Part shown: piece after piece, positions 1 to 12,937 of the stretch
How the letters are laid out: the number at the start of each line of letters is the position of its first letter
Position numbering within the stretch: the first letter of the stretch is position 1
Source: Eledone cirrhosa
Lineage: Eukaryota
Assembly: GCA_964016885.1 (NCBI GenBank)
Contig: OZ024740.1
Coordinates: 70,494,001 to 70,558,000, forward strand
Direction of reading: 5' to 3'
Length of the DNA stretch: 64,000 bases
Translations under genes and position numbers: made by a program
Notes under the pieces: generated by a model
The model's database searches: none
Told to the model about the DNA's origin: nothing
What the model saw: the letters and a program-made list of their open reading frames with translations, nothing else

Positions 1-504
1 TATAATGTCTTGCTCACGGACAAAATCCGCCGCCGAGAATCGACATTACGATCATAAGTGGAACCCACTTACCTCTAAGCCACGTGATTTCCCAGAGACA
101 AATAACATGCAAACATAAATATATACTATTTCATTTTATTATAAAATTTCAATTCTTTTAATAAATTCACTCAATTCCTTTCAGAAAATATTCTAAAAAT
201 TTCTTGAAAATTCTCATAAAATTCCTCTCTACCCCATTTCAACAGGAATTCCCATAATTAAACTCTTCATATTACCTAGTTCATGGAACGAGAATAAAAA
301 TAAAATCGAAGTTAGACAAAATACATGAACATATACGAACATACATATACACGCACAAATACATACATACCAACAGACAGATACATACTTACGTACACAC
401 GTACGTGCACGCAAATACATACATACACTCAAATACGCACGGACATATAATACACACCATGTTCAACCTATACACACAAATACAATCATACATACATACA
501 CACA

Positions 505-543
<39 letters not shown>

Positions 544-747
544 ACGCAAATACATCACTCAGACGTACACACATACGAACACACAAATGCATATATGCAT
601 ACGTAACTGCAAATATTTCACACACACGTAAAGGTAATGGCATACATACATAGGTACACGCAAATACACACATACGTACATTCTTCACACATACATACAC
701 ACAAATATATGCGCACACTAAACATAAACATACCATACATACATATT

Positions 748-790
<43 letters not shown>

Positions 791-2984
791 ATATATACAT
801 ACAGACAGACAGACAGACTGACAGACACACACACACAAACATGCAAAGAAAAAATAACAAAGAGACCACAACGAAGATGGCCGAAAGACAGTTCTGATTA
901 CAGCCAGAGACTTTAAAATCCCTGGAAGCCGTTTTAGCTTATCATATTGCATGATATTTGGGATAAAGTCTGCAAGAATTGTTCCCCACACAACAGATTA
1001 AATGAAATTTGAACGCTGTCAGACCACATTGAAAACTACCCTTCAGTTTGATTGGAGGAGGGTTTTGTGTTTTTATTTTATTTTACTTTATTTTATACTA
1101 TTTTTTTTTCACTTATTTAATTTGTTTTTAATAAAATGTATTTTCTAGTGCTTAGGTTACACATTTGAATCACCGTTCATTAATCTTTCAAATGCAATAG
1201 AAATTTCTTTTTTATTTCTTTTTACTATAGATGGCGTTTTTGTTGTTGTTGTTGTTGTAATTGTTGTTGTTGTTGTTGTTGTTCATTTACAATATTTTCA
1301 TGGTTACTATTGCCGTTATCATCGTGGTGATACTAATATTGGTAGTAGTGGTCGTTGTAGGTATCTATAGTGCTATGTCATGGCTCCAATGAGGTGGAGT
1401 TATGATCTAAAGACATTCCAGCCGTGACCACCGGGACTAGATTCAATTATATCTGAAAAACCACAAAAGAAATGCTTATTGCTACTTTTTCAGATTCATT
1501 GAATTTAGGTTCTAGATTCATAATCAGCGGTAAGTGAGAAATGGGCAGTCCTTGTCGGACACAGGTGAACATTCTGCAATGCCTGTTATTTAAGGTGGGG
1601 GTGTTAAAAGTGACAATGCAAAATCAAACCCCATCACACACAGAGTGCTGCGAATTCTTGAAACGGCACCCCTCCAGGCATTTGAGTACCATATCGTATG
1701 GCGCAGAACAACGTCTACTGAAATACAAGGGTAAATGTGTACATGACATGTAATCTCAACAGTAGTAATAATTGTTTTTACTTTTGGCACAAGGCCAGCA
1801 ATTATCCCGGTGTATTACTGGTGTTTTATTTTATCGACCCCGTAAGGATGCAAGGCAAAGTTAACCTCGGCGGGATTTGAACTCAGACCATAAAGGGCCA
1901 TAACTCTTTGCTGCAAAGCATGGCGTCAAACCCTCTACCGATACTGCCAATCCACCGCCCAATAGTAATAATATCTTGAAAGTAGATGAAGAACTCCTGA
2001 ATAGGTACTCTGAGTATGCATATATTCCGTATGAGAGAACAGTAGCTGGGTTAACCTACTTAAACAAAAACTTGGACTCTTCATACTATATTCCACAGGC
2101 TAGAGGGTATAAACAACAAATAGCCATTCCTGGATCTATGATAGTTACATTACATCATACATAGCGGAATAAGCATTTGCTATTCATTAGAACAGGAGAT
2201 ATCTACTAAATATCTAATCAATAAAAGAAATAAGGATGTCTCCAAATCACCACGTTCGTTAAAAATATCAATAAAGCCATAGCCTTTTGGAAAATTTCAT
2301 CCATCATCTGCCGCAGTAGCTTCCTAATATTTCCGCTAGATACTAACTCCTAATGAAGCACAATAGTTGCAGAAACTACTTACAATGCTATTTACATGAA
2401 GGAATTCCCCGGCTCCATACCAAAGGCACAAAGAACAAAAATGTAACCACACTTATAAAAATAAAGAATACTGGTGGAACATTTCAATAAAAATCTCAAT
2501 CCAGTGCATGCACAACAGAACTGGGAACAAAAGTCATACTCCGTTGTGAATGTAGCGTTTAAAATTATGAAAAAATAGAACATCTATAATGAACTAATGT
2601 GAAACTTGCAGCACTTGTATTAATATTTATTTGCACCTATTATCAGGAGTGGACTGTCTATTTAATTACATGTCTGAATGAAGGCCTGGAAATACTAAGA
2701 TATTTCAAGAAATACTAAAACAAGCAGAATTGCATTATTAACATCCAATCGATTAGTGGCACGGTAAAGATTTATAAAATATTCCAGCGATTGTCCATTT
2801 CAGTTTTTTTTTTTTTTGCATGAACACATGCACACTGTCATGTATGTGCTTATAGTATACACATATATAGCATCCGTACATGCTTATAGCATACGCACAT
2901 ATGTATTACACGGCCGTGTACTAAAGAGCCACATACACCTATTGCATGACTGCACAATTACCCACATATACGCCTACATATCGT

Positions 2985-3290
2985 AGGACCTCTTTGGTCA
3001 TAAATGACCATGAGTTTACATCAAGCAGATTGCCTTCCGAGGCACAAGCCTGGGCAAGCTGGTTTTGTGGAAATCCTGCAGTCAGCCTTACATACCAGCA
3101 TCTCCTCTCACTCCACGGATGTTATCCAAGGGACAGGCAAAGGCGATGCAGCTTAACACCAGTAACGTAACAACTCATTTTTTCCCAGCTGACTGAATTG
3201 GAGCAACCTAAAATAAAGTGTCTTCCTCAATGACACAACGCACCTCACGGTTGAGTCCGACAGTCGAAACACTAAGCCACGTACATTCAC
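2985..3290 (-). mobile_element. SINE family 2 (related copy on + at about 51285-51545)
   Basis: Shared motifs gctccagttcactcagctgg..aatgagttgcgacg and acttgtgcctcggaagg between the two copies. The + copy has a tRNA-like head (tggcttagtggt..gattccc). Confidence 0.7.
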
Positions 3291-3355
3291 ATATTTGTAA
3301 ATCCCTAGAATTTTCTGTAATCAAACTGGCTTGAATTCTAGAAAGAATTTACATA

Positions 3356-3888
3356 CGAGGGTGCTTCAAAATGTTCGTAGAAAAAGAATAGTTGGAAAAA
3401 ATGGTTTAAGTTATGATGTTTATTTTTCAACATATGCTAACTCTAGCTCAATACACTTCTGCAAGCGTTGAGTTCATCTGTGTAAAAGTGAGGGCCATGC
3501 GATTTAAACCATGTCAAAGCAGTTTTTTTTTTTTTACATCTGTGGATCATCTTCAGCCTCATCTCTTCCACTTCTGAAACGACTTATCCATTTGTAGTTT
3601 GTTGATTTTCTTGAGGCATTGTCCCCATAAACTTGCTCCAGAGTGTCAATGATTTGGCTGCTCTTCCACCTTAGCTTCACCATGATTGATGTTTTGATGG
3701 AGACCATGTTGCTCGAGCGGGTGCTGACTTCTGACTGGCGTCGCCGCGTTGCAACATGCATTTAAGGGTTCATGTTAGAACATGTTAGGACAGGTTAGTA
3801 CAAGAACATATAGGTGCATTGAGATCAAAATCTCTGCATATGATTTTTAGGTATGAATTTTTTCCATAAACGTTTTGAAGCCCCCTCG
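3356..3888 (-). mobile_element. Internally deleted mariner with TIRs and TA target duplication
   Basis: TA|CGAGGGTGCTTCAAAA..TTTTGAAGCCCCCTCG|TA. Transposase HTH remnant IIDTLEQVYGDNA..YKWISRFRSGRDEAEDDP. Confidence 0.9.
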
Positions 3889-4214
3889 TATATCTGAAAT
3901 AAACTCATACATTCATACATGCATAGAGTAATCATACATACACACACAAGAGTCCTAAATAGGCGTACTCACTTATAATATGACTGCTAGTACCTACGCC
4001 TACATATATATATGCGTACATAAATTCATTCACTTATTCACAAATCCCTTGGACTGTTTTGACCAAAAAAGCCTTGTTGCTGTGTTAGTGACCGATTTGA
4101 ATTCTGCGAAGAATTTCAAAGGCAAGCATACATTCATTCACGCAGGCACATATATATACATATATGTGCATGTACGTACATACGTACATACATACATACA
4201 TGGTGGCTACCAAC

Positions 4215-4796
4215 TGGTTTTCGAGTACGGCCACTACTGTATATCCATGTAGGAGAACCCCTACCGATGCGCTGACGAGTGTGACTTTTTAGTCCAGCCA
4301 GCGACTTGAAAACTCTGGTACAAACACTACACTTGTGACAATTATTGACACATAGTGCTGGGCCCATGGTACCATGTGACGATAAGTGCAGAGAAATCTC
4401 CAGATATAAAGCAATGCCTGTGCCGTGAAGCTTTTATAGTGAGCAAAGGCACTGCACAAAGCCAGTCCCACTCTCTTAACCAAGATGATATTTACCAAAA
4501 AGAAGAACAAGTCAACATCATTGGATACCATCAGGGTTGCAGGTGTTATATCAGAGTTTTCCTTCTCCTGGAATTCTGCCTTGACAAAGGCTAAGGGGTC
4601 ATCTCTCCCGGTGATTTTGGATGGCCATTGACTCTTAAGAGCTTCTTTGCCCTTTGACAGGTTTTGTTTTTAGTCCTGCGGGATGTCCAAAGTCACCCTC
4701 CTCACCAAGAAACCTTGGTGGGGTTGCCAGTTTAGTCACCAACGACCCGACCATGAGACAGGTTGTACTGGGATTCATGTTACCAGTAGCACCAAC
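4215..4796 (-). mobile_element. Non-autonomous RTE-type derivative with a terminal C2H2 finger remnant
   Basis: CSVCTRVFKSLAGLKSH near the 3' end; RTE-like 5' motif ccttagcctttgtcaaggcag..ggagaaggaaaactctga; flanked by (CATA)n. Confidence 0.55.
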
Positions 4797-5404
4797 ATAC
4801 ATACATACATATAATGTTAGGTTTCGTTATTCATATGACAATGTAATTTGGATTAATCTGAACTGATCTTTGTGATAGCTGATACTTTTAGAATTATCCT
4901 TAGTAAGTCCAATCTTTAATGTTAAATCTTGTGTGTTTCTCTGAGACAGAAAGTGTGTGAATGTGCATATGTGTGCGCGCGCGTCTGTAAGTGTGTGCAA
5001 GTACGTTTGCATGTATATGTGTGTGTGTGTGTGTTGTGTTTGTGGACACGAGGGCACACGTGTGTGTGTATGTGTATTTGTGTGTGTTTTGATATTTTTA
5101 AGCAGATAAACCTATTTAAATATATTGTACTAGAAATAAACCTTATTCACATGTAATTGTGTCCACAGATTCTATTTCGAATGCTGATAGAGTGAAGGTT
5201 TATGTCGTTGGATTAACATAATAGTTAGTCTATAGTACTAAAATAACTTTTACCCGCTAATCTGTATGTACTCTGTGCTCTGTACTCTGTGCTCTGTACT
5301 CTGTTACCTTAAGCCCGTTACGGTAGATATTGAATAATGACATTTGTATATTTTTACTAGTTTGGTTCATGAGGCTACGTTTCTGTTGGGGCACCGCCTT
5401 GATA

Positions 5405-5855
5405 TTTCTTCTTCTTCCTCTTCTTCTTCTTCTTCTTTTTCTTCTCCCATTTATTCCTGAGAGGGTCTTGATGGTAGAGTGTTCAAACACTCCTTCCAGC
5501 GAGTACTGTCAGAAGCACCCGTCTCGAAATGATCCGGCTGGATCCCTAATCGAGAATAGCCAAGCTGATGGATGTTATCCAACCATCTTGCTCGAGGTCT
5601 ATTCCTGTGACTCATGCCAATTGGCTTTTTCTGTAAAATTTGTCCAGCGATTCTTTCCTGAGACAATCTAACCACATTCCCATAATATTGAAGCTATGAT
5701 CTCTCAATTCGGAGAAGTAGCGGGTCTATTTGTAGTGACTCTCTGATCTCCAAGCTACGCACTCTTTCGGGTAACGTTACTCCAAAGACTCATCGGAGGA
5801 ACCCCATTTCGGCCGCATGTATTCGCGATTGTATTCTTTCGGTCATTATTTAATC
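5405..5855 (-). mobile_element. RTE LINE 3' fragment with (GAA)n tail
   Basis: RNRPRARWLDNIHQLGYSRLGI, the same family as 19330-19410, followed by a (GAA)n tail. Confidence 0.8.
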
Positions 5856-6929
5856 ATTAATCAAAAAGTGTAAGTAAAGTTCATTGGCCTACTCGAGAAA
5901 TTAACATGTTAGTGGCTGAGTATTTCATAGGCATGTGTACCCGTAACATAATTTTAAAGAAGATTAGGCGTGACTATGTGATGAGTCTAGTTGTTAGAAT
6001 TATAGATATAGCCTATCCGACTGATTCCCAATATCTTCTGTCTATCTAATTTCACTTGGATTAACGCATGGCTATGCTACAAGACGTAGTATAGAACAGA
6101 ACCAGAAAACTCATGACTGTAAAGCGAATTTCTAACATATCGAAAAAAGATACTAATAATCTTTAGCCTGTATGATTAGGATACTTAAAAGTGAAATGAA
6201 CTAAATAGCTCGAATAAACTAATGGTATGTATATGAATAATTAAGTCCAAATAAGAGTTGACCTAGGGCTAAATAACAGACAAAAAAGGACTGCATGAAA
6301 GACTTAATTATTGATAATTTCCAATCGATGAACATGCACAGTCTAATATATATTGCGCAATACAGTAGCAACTCTGTAGAGCTGAAAAATATATTTTGAT
6401 ATATCGCCTTTTGTCAGATAAACTTTGAATTACTTTTTTTTTTAAAGAGAGATCTAGAAAAATCGACACAGACAAATTCTACCAGGCAAATTAAAGTAGC
6501 GAAATGTGCTCGGGCAGATTTTTGCAGTTATTTATCATAAAGTCGGCCCTGAAAAAGCAGAACTATGATACACTACATTTCATAATATTTCGGGCGTAAG
6601 ACCTCTTTTTCAAATGAAAGGAAATAAAGTGTGATATGTATACGTATATATATATAATATAAAAGAGATAACATTCAAAAAGAAAGTACACCAATGAAAT
6701 AAGGGTATACCTAGAAAGGTTTATTGATACTCATTTTATAAAATCAAAGAAGAAAGCAAGCATCGCAGGTATGCTAAACAACCCGACTGCTATTTCTAGC
6801 AGGTTGGGAGACAACCATAAGGGATTCTCTCTGCGTTATCAGCGATACTCCAGTATCGCGGCCAGCGTCTCCGTGAATTCGATCGCTGGTTTACACACAC
6901 ACACACATACATACATTTATATATAATTA

Positions 6930-7320
6930 TCTATATCTATATATAATATAAAAGCTTGGAATTCACATCACCCTTTTAAGAAACCTCGACCCAACACGTC
7001 TATGCAATGGCATACGCGTAACATTCAGGTGGATGATGAACCATCTCCTCGAGGCCACTATTCATGGAGGCAATCATCAAGGGGAAAATACATTAATTCC
7101 CAAGATAGCAGTTATCCCTTCCTCTACTGAGCTGCCGTTAAGCCAGTTTTGTATGACCATAGATAAAACTCAGGGTCAGAGTCTCAAGTTGTAGGACTGA
7201 ATATGAGAGAATCGATTTTTACCCACAGACCGAATATATGTATGTTGTTGACAAGTGGTAACACCTAGAAATCTTCATGTACTGTGCACGAACGGTAAAA
7301 CGAAGAATCTGGCATATCGT
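6930..7320 (+). mobile_element. Helitron remnant (PIF1-type helicase C-terminus)
   Basis: TCTATATATAATATAAAAG 5' end; LLRNLDPTRLCNG..LEATIHGG..IPKI..FCMTIDKTQGQSL..TKNLAY, with frameshifts. Confidence 0.85.
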
Positions 7321-7335
7321 TTTTTTTTCTTTTTG

Positions 7336-7439
<104 letters not shown>

Positions 7440-7617
7440 CGGTTTTGCCTCATATTGTAAACCAGACAACGCATCCAATACAGTCGGTTTCTCTTCTACC
7501 GGTCTTTTATCATCTGCTTACCCGAGTGAAGCTGGATACCTCAGCTAGTATATATATATTCGTTTCCGCCTTGCCCGTCTCCTCAATCTTTCTATTTCTT
7601 CTTTAATTTCTCATTCT

Positions 7618-7655
7618 GTCTTTTGATGAAGGACTAGCGTCCGAAACGTTAAGAC
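7618..7655 (+). ncRNA. Minimal type-I hammerhead motif, family GGAC-TAGC-GTCC (C3>U)
   Basis: GUCUU-UUGAUGA-AGGAC UAGC GUCC-GAAACGUU-AAGAC. Related copies at 7765-7797(-), 14531-14567(+) and 55596-55633(+). Confidence 0.7.
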
Positions 7656-8881
7656 TATTTTCTTACTATATCAAGCGTAAAACTAATGATGTATTTCTTC
7701 ATTGTGCCATTTGCTTTGATATTTTTGTTTGCCTTTTGAATATATACATACATACATACATGTGTAACGTTTCGGTCATTAGTCCTTCATCAGGAAATAG
7801 AATAAGAAATAAAACAAGAAAAAGAAGGATAATAGAAGAAAAAGAAGGATAGTGACTGTGTCGTTTGCTCTGTTATTTCTGTTTTCCTTTTGCGCGCGCG
7901 CACGCACATACACATATATATATGAGAGAGAGTGGGGAATGAGTCTGTATGTATGCATGTGTGTGTATAAACTGGTATGTATATATGCGTTTATATGCAT
8001 ACGTATGCATATATAAAATAACATAGTTACTATGGCCCTTACAAAATAGAAACACACGATAGAAAGAACGTCAAGAAGACAGAAAGAAAATCTAGAGGCT
8101 AAACTCAAGCCAAGTCAAGTATTTTAATCGCCGCCATGGTTTCCTCAATCTCACATTTTATTTTTTATGCATCTATTTTTACATCTGGGAAAAATCCTTC
8201 ATTTTCAAATGGACAAATGGATTAACGGAGGATTTATAAAATGAGTCACTCGGTACATATCTGTCACACGACACACATATATAAGCTTAGTTAGCTCTGG
8301 GTTTAAGCCAGAAATATAAAACACATATATAACAAATGTGTAAATTCATTGCAATCATTGTTTATTTACCGTCCTGTTGATATGAAATATACACACATCC
8401 GGCCCGTTACAACCTATAGACTAGAGTAAGCCTCTTGCAATACAAAACTTACAACGAACACGTGCCTTTTTTCCTGAACGCTTAACTTTAAACCTGTTTG
8501 CATGGGGTGCATATTGTTGAAAATGATAGTGAAAGGGAAAATTGTGGAGAAGGAAGTGGTAGAGTTTAATTAGAACTGTAACCGTATGTCGTTATGGGGG
8601 TGTGGTGTATATATCTGTTTACACACTAACGCGCGCACGCACACGCACACATACACACATATTATTATATGTATAAATATATATATAGATATATATATAT
8701 ACATACATATATATATATATATATATTTCGTTGACAAATATATCAATATGCCCAGACATGCAGATATATTGCCCTTGGTATGACAGTGTGGTTTTAGCTC
8801 AATCTAGGATAACTAGTATACTACAGAGCCGTTATAGTTATAGGAGTAAACAAAGAGTGTTTAGAAATACATTGTTTTATT

Positions 8882-8928
8882 AGCTAACAGTGTTTCATCC
8901 ATACACCATGGCAGGAATCATCAGAGCC
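8882..8928 (-). ncRNA. Type-I hammerhead motif (left arm)
   Basis: Exact reverse complement of 12324-12370. Confidence 0.75.
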
Positions 8929-11900
8929 TATAAACATGAGTATATCAGTAGTTGCATGCTCCATCGAGCTGCGTCACCAGAACAAGGTTAAAGGACAAGC
9001 AGGGGGTCCCGAGGCCAGCGCTATATGGAAAAAGACAGAATCCATGATGAACATAATGTCATAAAAATGTCTTAAAAATTAAAAAATTAAAAATTACACC
9101 AAAAATTTATCACTTAAATGGTGCAATATATGATAAAGAGGTTGGGAGAGGGTAGCAAGGGATGAGTGAGGGTATTACTCGGCATGATCAGAAACAATAA
9201 GAAAATAATAAATATATAATAAAAAAGTACAAAAATACAGAGATAAGAAAAGAGATAAATATAAAAATACAAAACAATAAAGGAACAAAAAGCCCGACCC
9301 CCCCCCCCCAATATAAGATAAAGCAAAGCATAGATGCATCAAAACACAAGCAGTGCAAAAAGAGGGTGTACAGGCAGATCAAGGGAGTTTGCCAGCATGA
9401 GTCTGTGAAAAGAATAGTTGGTTAGCAGTGGTGCAGCCTTACATTTATGATAGTCCATATGAGGGATGGTGTACTCCAATTATATCGCCTTGTAACAGGT
9501 CGATTCTCCTTATCATATCCGCACCCTACAAACCACATCGATATGTTCCAGTTCCGAACGTTAAGTGAGATAACACTATTTTTCCAAAACCTATACACAG
9601 GGGATTTATCACCATAGGCGGTCTGGGATATACACCTAAAATCTAAAATAAAAAATAAAAGAAAGTACGACGAGTTAAAGAAATGTAATGTACATATACA
9701 GCCGGCACAGATGTGAGGAAATTGAAAACACGCCAGGTCCGCAGAAACTGGCATTCCCCAAAATCTTCACGTTCGGTCGCTCAATCCAACGTGCCAGGTG
9801 AAATACACTATATGTCCAAGTTGGCGTCCAACCAATGTATCACACCGCATACAACTGTACCACAGTAAATACAAATCGTGATGGCTATCCCGTTACATAT
9901 AGAGAAAAAGTGTATATAGGAAACTCCGCTTCCAGAATCACATATGGCAGAATGAGCATATATTGTTATAATAATAGGCGGGTTTATTATAGTGAATGCA
10001 AATTTCTGTAGAATATATAGATATATATAGAAGGGAGAACTCACAACCAAACCTGTCAATGACAGCTATGTTATTTATATTTCCACCACGTGGTTTTCGT
10101 TTAGATTATTGACTCCGGAGGTTGCAATCCATTCACAGTCGGGTGTGACCCCTCATGGAGAATCATCATTAAATCATCGCAGTACAAACCCCCTAACAAT
10201 ACCTGTGACCTTTGTCTCTCTGAATCACACGCCATAATACATTCCAAACTGAACCTGCTAAATAGGAAGTCGGGGATATTCTCTTCTTGCCCGCACATAA
10301 ATCTTAGCTCCGTCTATTATTTTAGACGAATTAGCTACCGCTGTAGGACCTGCATACATCCGTCCTGTCTGGCCTACGTAAAACCACGCCGCACTGCATC
10401 CTGGTTCCTTTGTGATGATAACTGCCCTTCAGGTGCATATAGACTACTCTAATACCTCTTCTCTTCTCCCCTCTCTTACTTTTCTTCCTCTCTTCCCTGG
10501 TTCATCTTATTGAACCACAAGCCAAGAACCCTGGGGTAGAAACTACTTAAGGCTTTTCACTATACCTAGCACAGCTTGACCCTATATGTTAGTATGGTTT
10601 ATAAACACACCCATTGTGCGCTAACTGATAGTACAGCACAATAGTCTGTCGAAAGCCCAGAAAACCCCGCTGCAGCTATAAAGCGGGTGAATTGGGCACC
10701 CGGGGTCTAGTTAACCTTAGCCCTAAAGTGTGTAATAGATCTAACCTAGTATAGTGAACTATGGTAGCAAATCGTGTGGGCTGGGCGCCGCTGAATCGAC
10801 CTGGCTCCAGGGGGAAGGGGAGGTGGATCGCCGAGGGCTTCGAATCAAACAAAAGACTCGCCCCTAGCATCCCGTTGGATATCTAATGAATCAATCCGCC
10901 CTTTATGACGCGAATTGCCTCCCATACCTTTCATACGTACACTACGACTTCCTGTGTTTATATTCAGACTACCGTTGTGTGTTACTAGCGAGAGGCTATT
11001 CTTTGAAAGTTGGAGTTAGTTGAATATGATTTGTGATCCAGCTTTGATGAATTATAGAACCACACTCAAGGCAAAGTGCAGCACTGGATATTGAACTCCC
11101 GCCGACCCATGAGGGGTCACACCCGACTGTGAATGGATTGCAACCTTCGGAGTCAATAATCTAAACGAAAACCACGTGGTGGAAATATAAATAACATAGC
11201 TGTCATTGACAGGTTTGGTTGTGAGTTCTCCCTTCTATATATATCTATATATTCTACAGAAATTTGCACTCACTATAATAAACCCGCCTATTATTATAAC
11301 AATATATGCTCATTCTGCCATATGTGATTCTGGAAGCGGAGTTTCCTATATACACTTTTTCTCTATATGTAACCGGATAGCCATCACGATTTGTATTTAC
11401 TGTGGTACAATTGTATGCGGTGCGATACATTGGTTGAACGCCAACTTGGACATACAGTGAATTTCACCTGGCACGTTGGATTGAGCGACCGAACGTGAAG
11501 ATTTTGGGGAATGCCAGTTTCTGCGGACCTGGCGTGTTTTCAATTTCCTCACATCTGTGCCGGCTGTATATGTAGCATACATTTCTTTAACTCGTCGTAC
11601 TTTCTTTTATTTTTTATTTTAGATTTTAGGTGTATATCCCAGACCGCCTATGGTGATAAATCCCCTGGGTTAGGTTTTGGAAAAATAGTGTTATCTCACT
11701 TAACGTTCGGAACTGGAACATATCGATGTGGTTCGTAGGGTGCGGATATGATAACGAGAAACGACCTGTTACAAGGCGATATAATTGGAGTACACCATCC
11801 CTCATATAGACTATCATACATGTAAGGCTGCACCACTGCTAACCAACTATTCTTTTCACAGACTCATGCTGGCAAACTCCCTTGATCTGCCTGTACACCA

Positions 11901-12323
11901 TCTTTTTTCACTGTTTGTGCTTCGATGCATCTATGCTTTGCTTTATCTTATATTTTTTTTGGGGGGGGGGGGGGGCTTTTTGTTCCTTTATTGTTTTGTA
12001 TTTTTATATTTATCTCTTTTCTTATCTCTGTATTTTTGTACTTTTTTATTATTTTTTTTATTATTTTCTTATTGTTTCTGATCATGCTGAGTAATACCCT
12101 CACTCATCCCTTGCTACCCTCTCCCAACCTCTTTATCATATATTGCACCATTTAAGTGATAAATTTTTGGTGTAATTTTTAATTTTTTAATTTTTAAGAC
12201 ATTTTCATGGATTCTGTCTTTTTCCATATAGCGCTGGCCTCGGGACCCCCTGCTGGTCCTTTAACCTTGTTCTGGTGACGCAGCTCGATGGAGCATGCAA
12301 CTACTGATATACTCATGTTTATA

Positions 12324-12370
12324 GGCTCTGATGATTCCTGCCATGGTGTATGGATGAAACACTGTTAGCT
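12324..12370 (+). ncRNA. Type-I hammerhead motif (right arm)
   Basis: GGCU-CUGAUGA-UUCC..GGAU-GAA-ACA C UGU-U-AGCU; stems I, II and III are all pairable. Confidence 0.75.
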
Positions 12371-12411
12371 AATAAAACAATGTATTTCTAAGCACTCTTT
12401 GGTTATTCCTA

Positions 12412-12452
<41 letters not shown>

Positions 12453-12466
12453 CAATAAAATATATA

Positions 12467-12683
12467 TAGGAAAAGAGTCAGGACCCCGACGGCTGAGCTC
12501 CGGCCGTTTCGATAGCTAGATCCGAACTAAGTTCGGATCCAAAGAGTTCGAATCTAACTGTCGAAACGGCCAGAGCTCAGCCGTCGGGGTCCCTACTCTT
12601 TTCCTATTACCTATTCTACTACACAAAGTATGGAGTACTCTGGTGCGTTATGGTCCACCTGTTTCCTTACCACACTTTCTTTG

Positions 12684-12686
<3 letters not shown>
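12467..12686. mobile_element. Palindromic PLE-terminus-like element with hammerhead 3' half (copies at about 26958-27140, 44132-44326, 46718-46830)
   Basis: GGACCCCGACGGCTGAGCTC..GAAACGGCCAGAGCTCAGCCGTCGGGGTCC inverted arms; shared tail gagtactctggtgcgttatggtccacctg; embedded in (TA)n. Confidence 0.7.
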
Positions 12687-12729
<43 letters not shown>

Positions 12730-12890
12730 CGAACCAAAGTATCGTCTTCCTGTCTTCCTTCCTTCGGTTGCAACGTTTTTTGAAATATTCACTTCTGCGT
12801 TCACAGATTGACTTTTTTAGTTTCAGAAGATCCCGTTAAGGGTGAAAGCAGCGATTCTTTGTTTAAACTTTAATCTGTTATTTTAATAAA

Positions 12891-12937
<47 letters not shown>

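Larger units (their letters stand above)
8833..12419. mobile_element. Penelope-like insertion forming a large inverted repeat (arms 8833-10158 and 11107-12419)
   Basis: The arms are near-identical reverse complements and each ends in a hammerhead plus AATAAA. Degenerate PLE-like peptides PRPPMV and GTYRCG lie in the arm; GLYCDDL lies in the spacer. Confidence 0.75.

Noticed and set aside
4680-4796. HDV-like ribozyme at the RTE 5' end (minus strand)
   Set aside because: A CUAA motif and possible P2/P3 pairings are present, but I could not assign P1 or P1.1 by eye.
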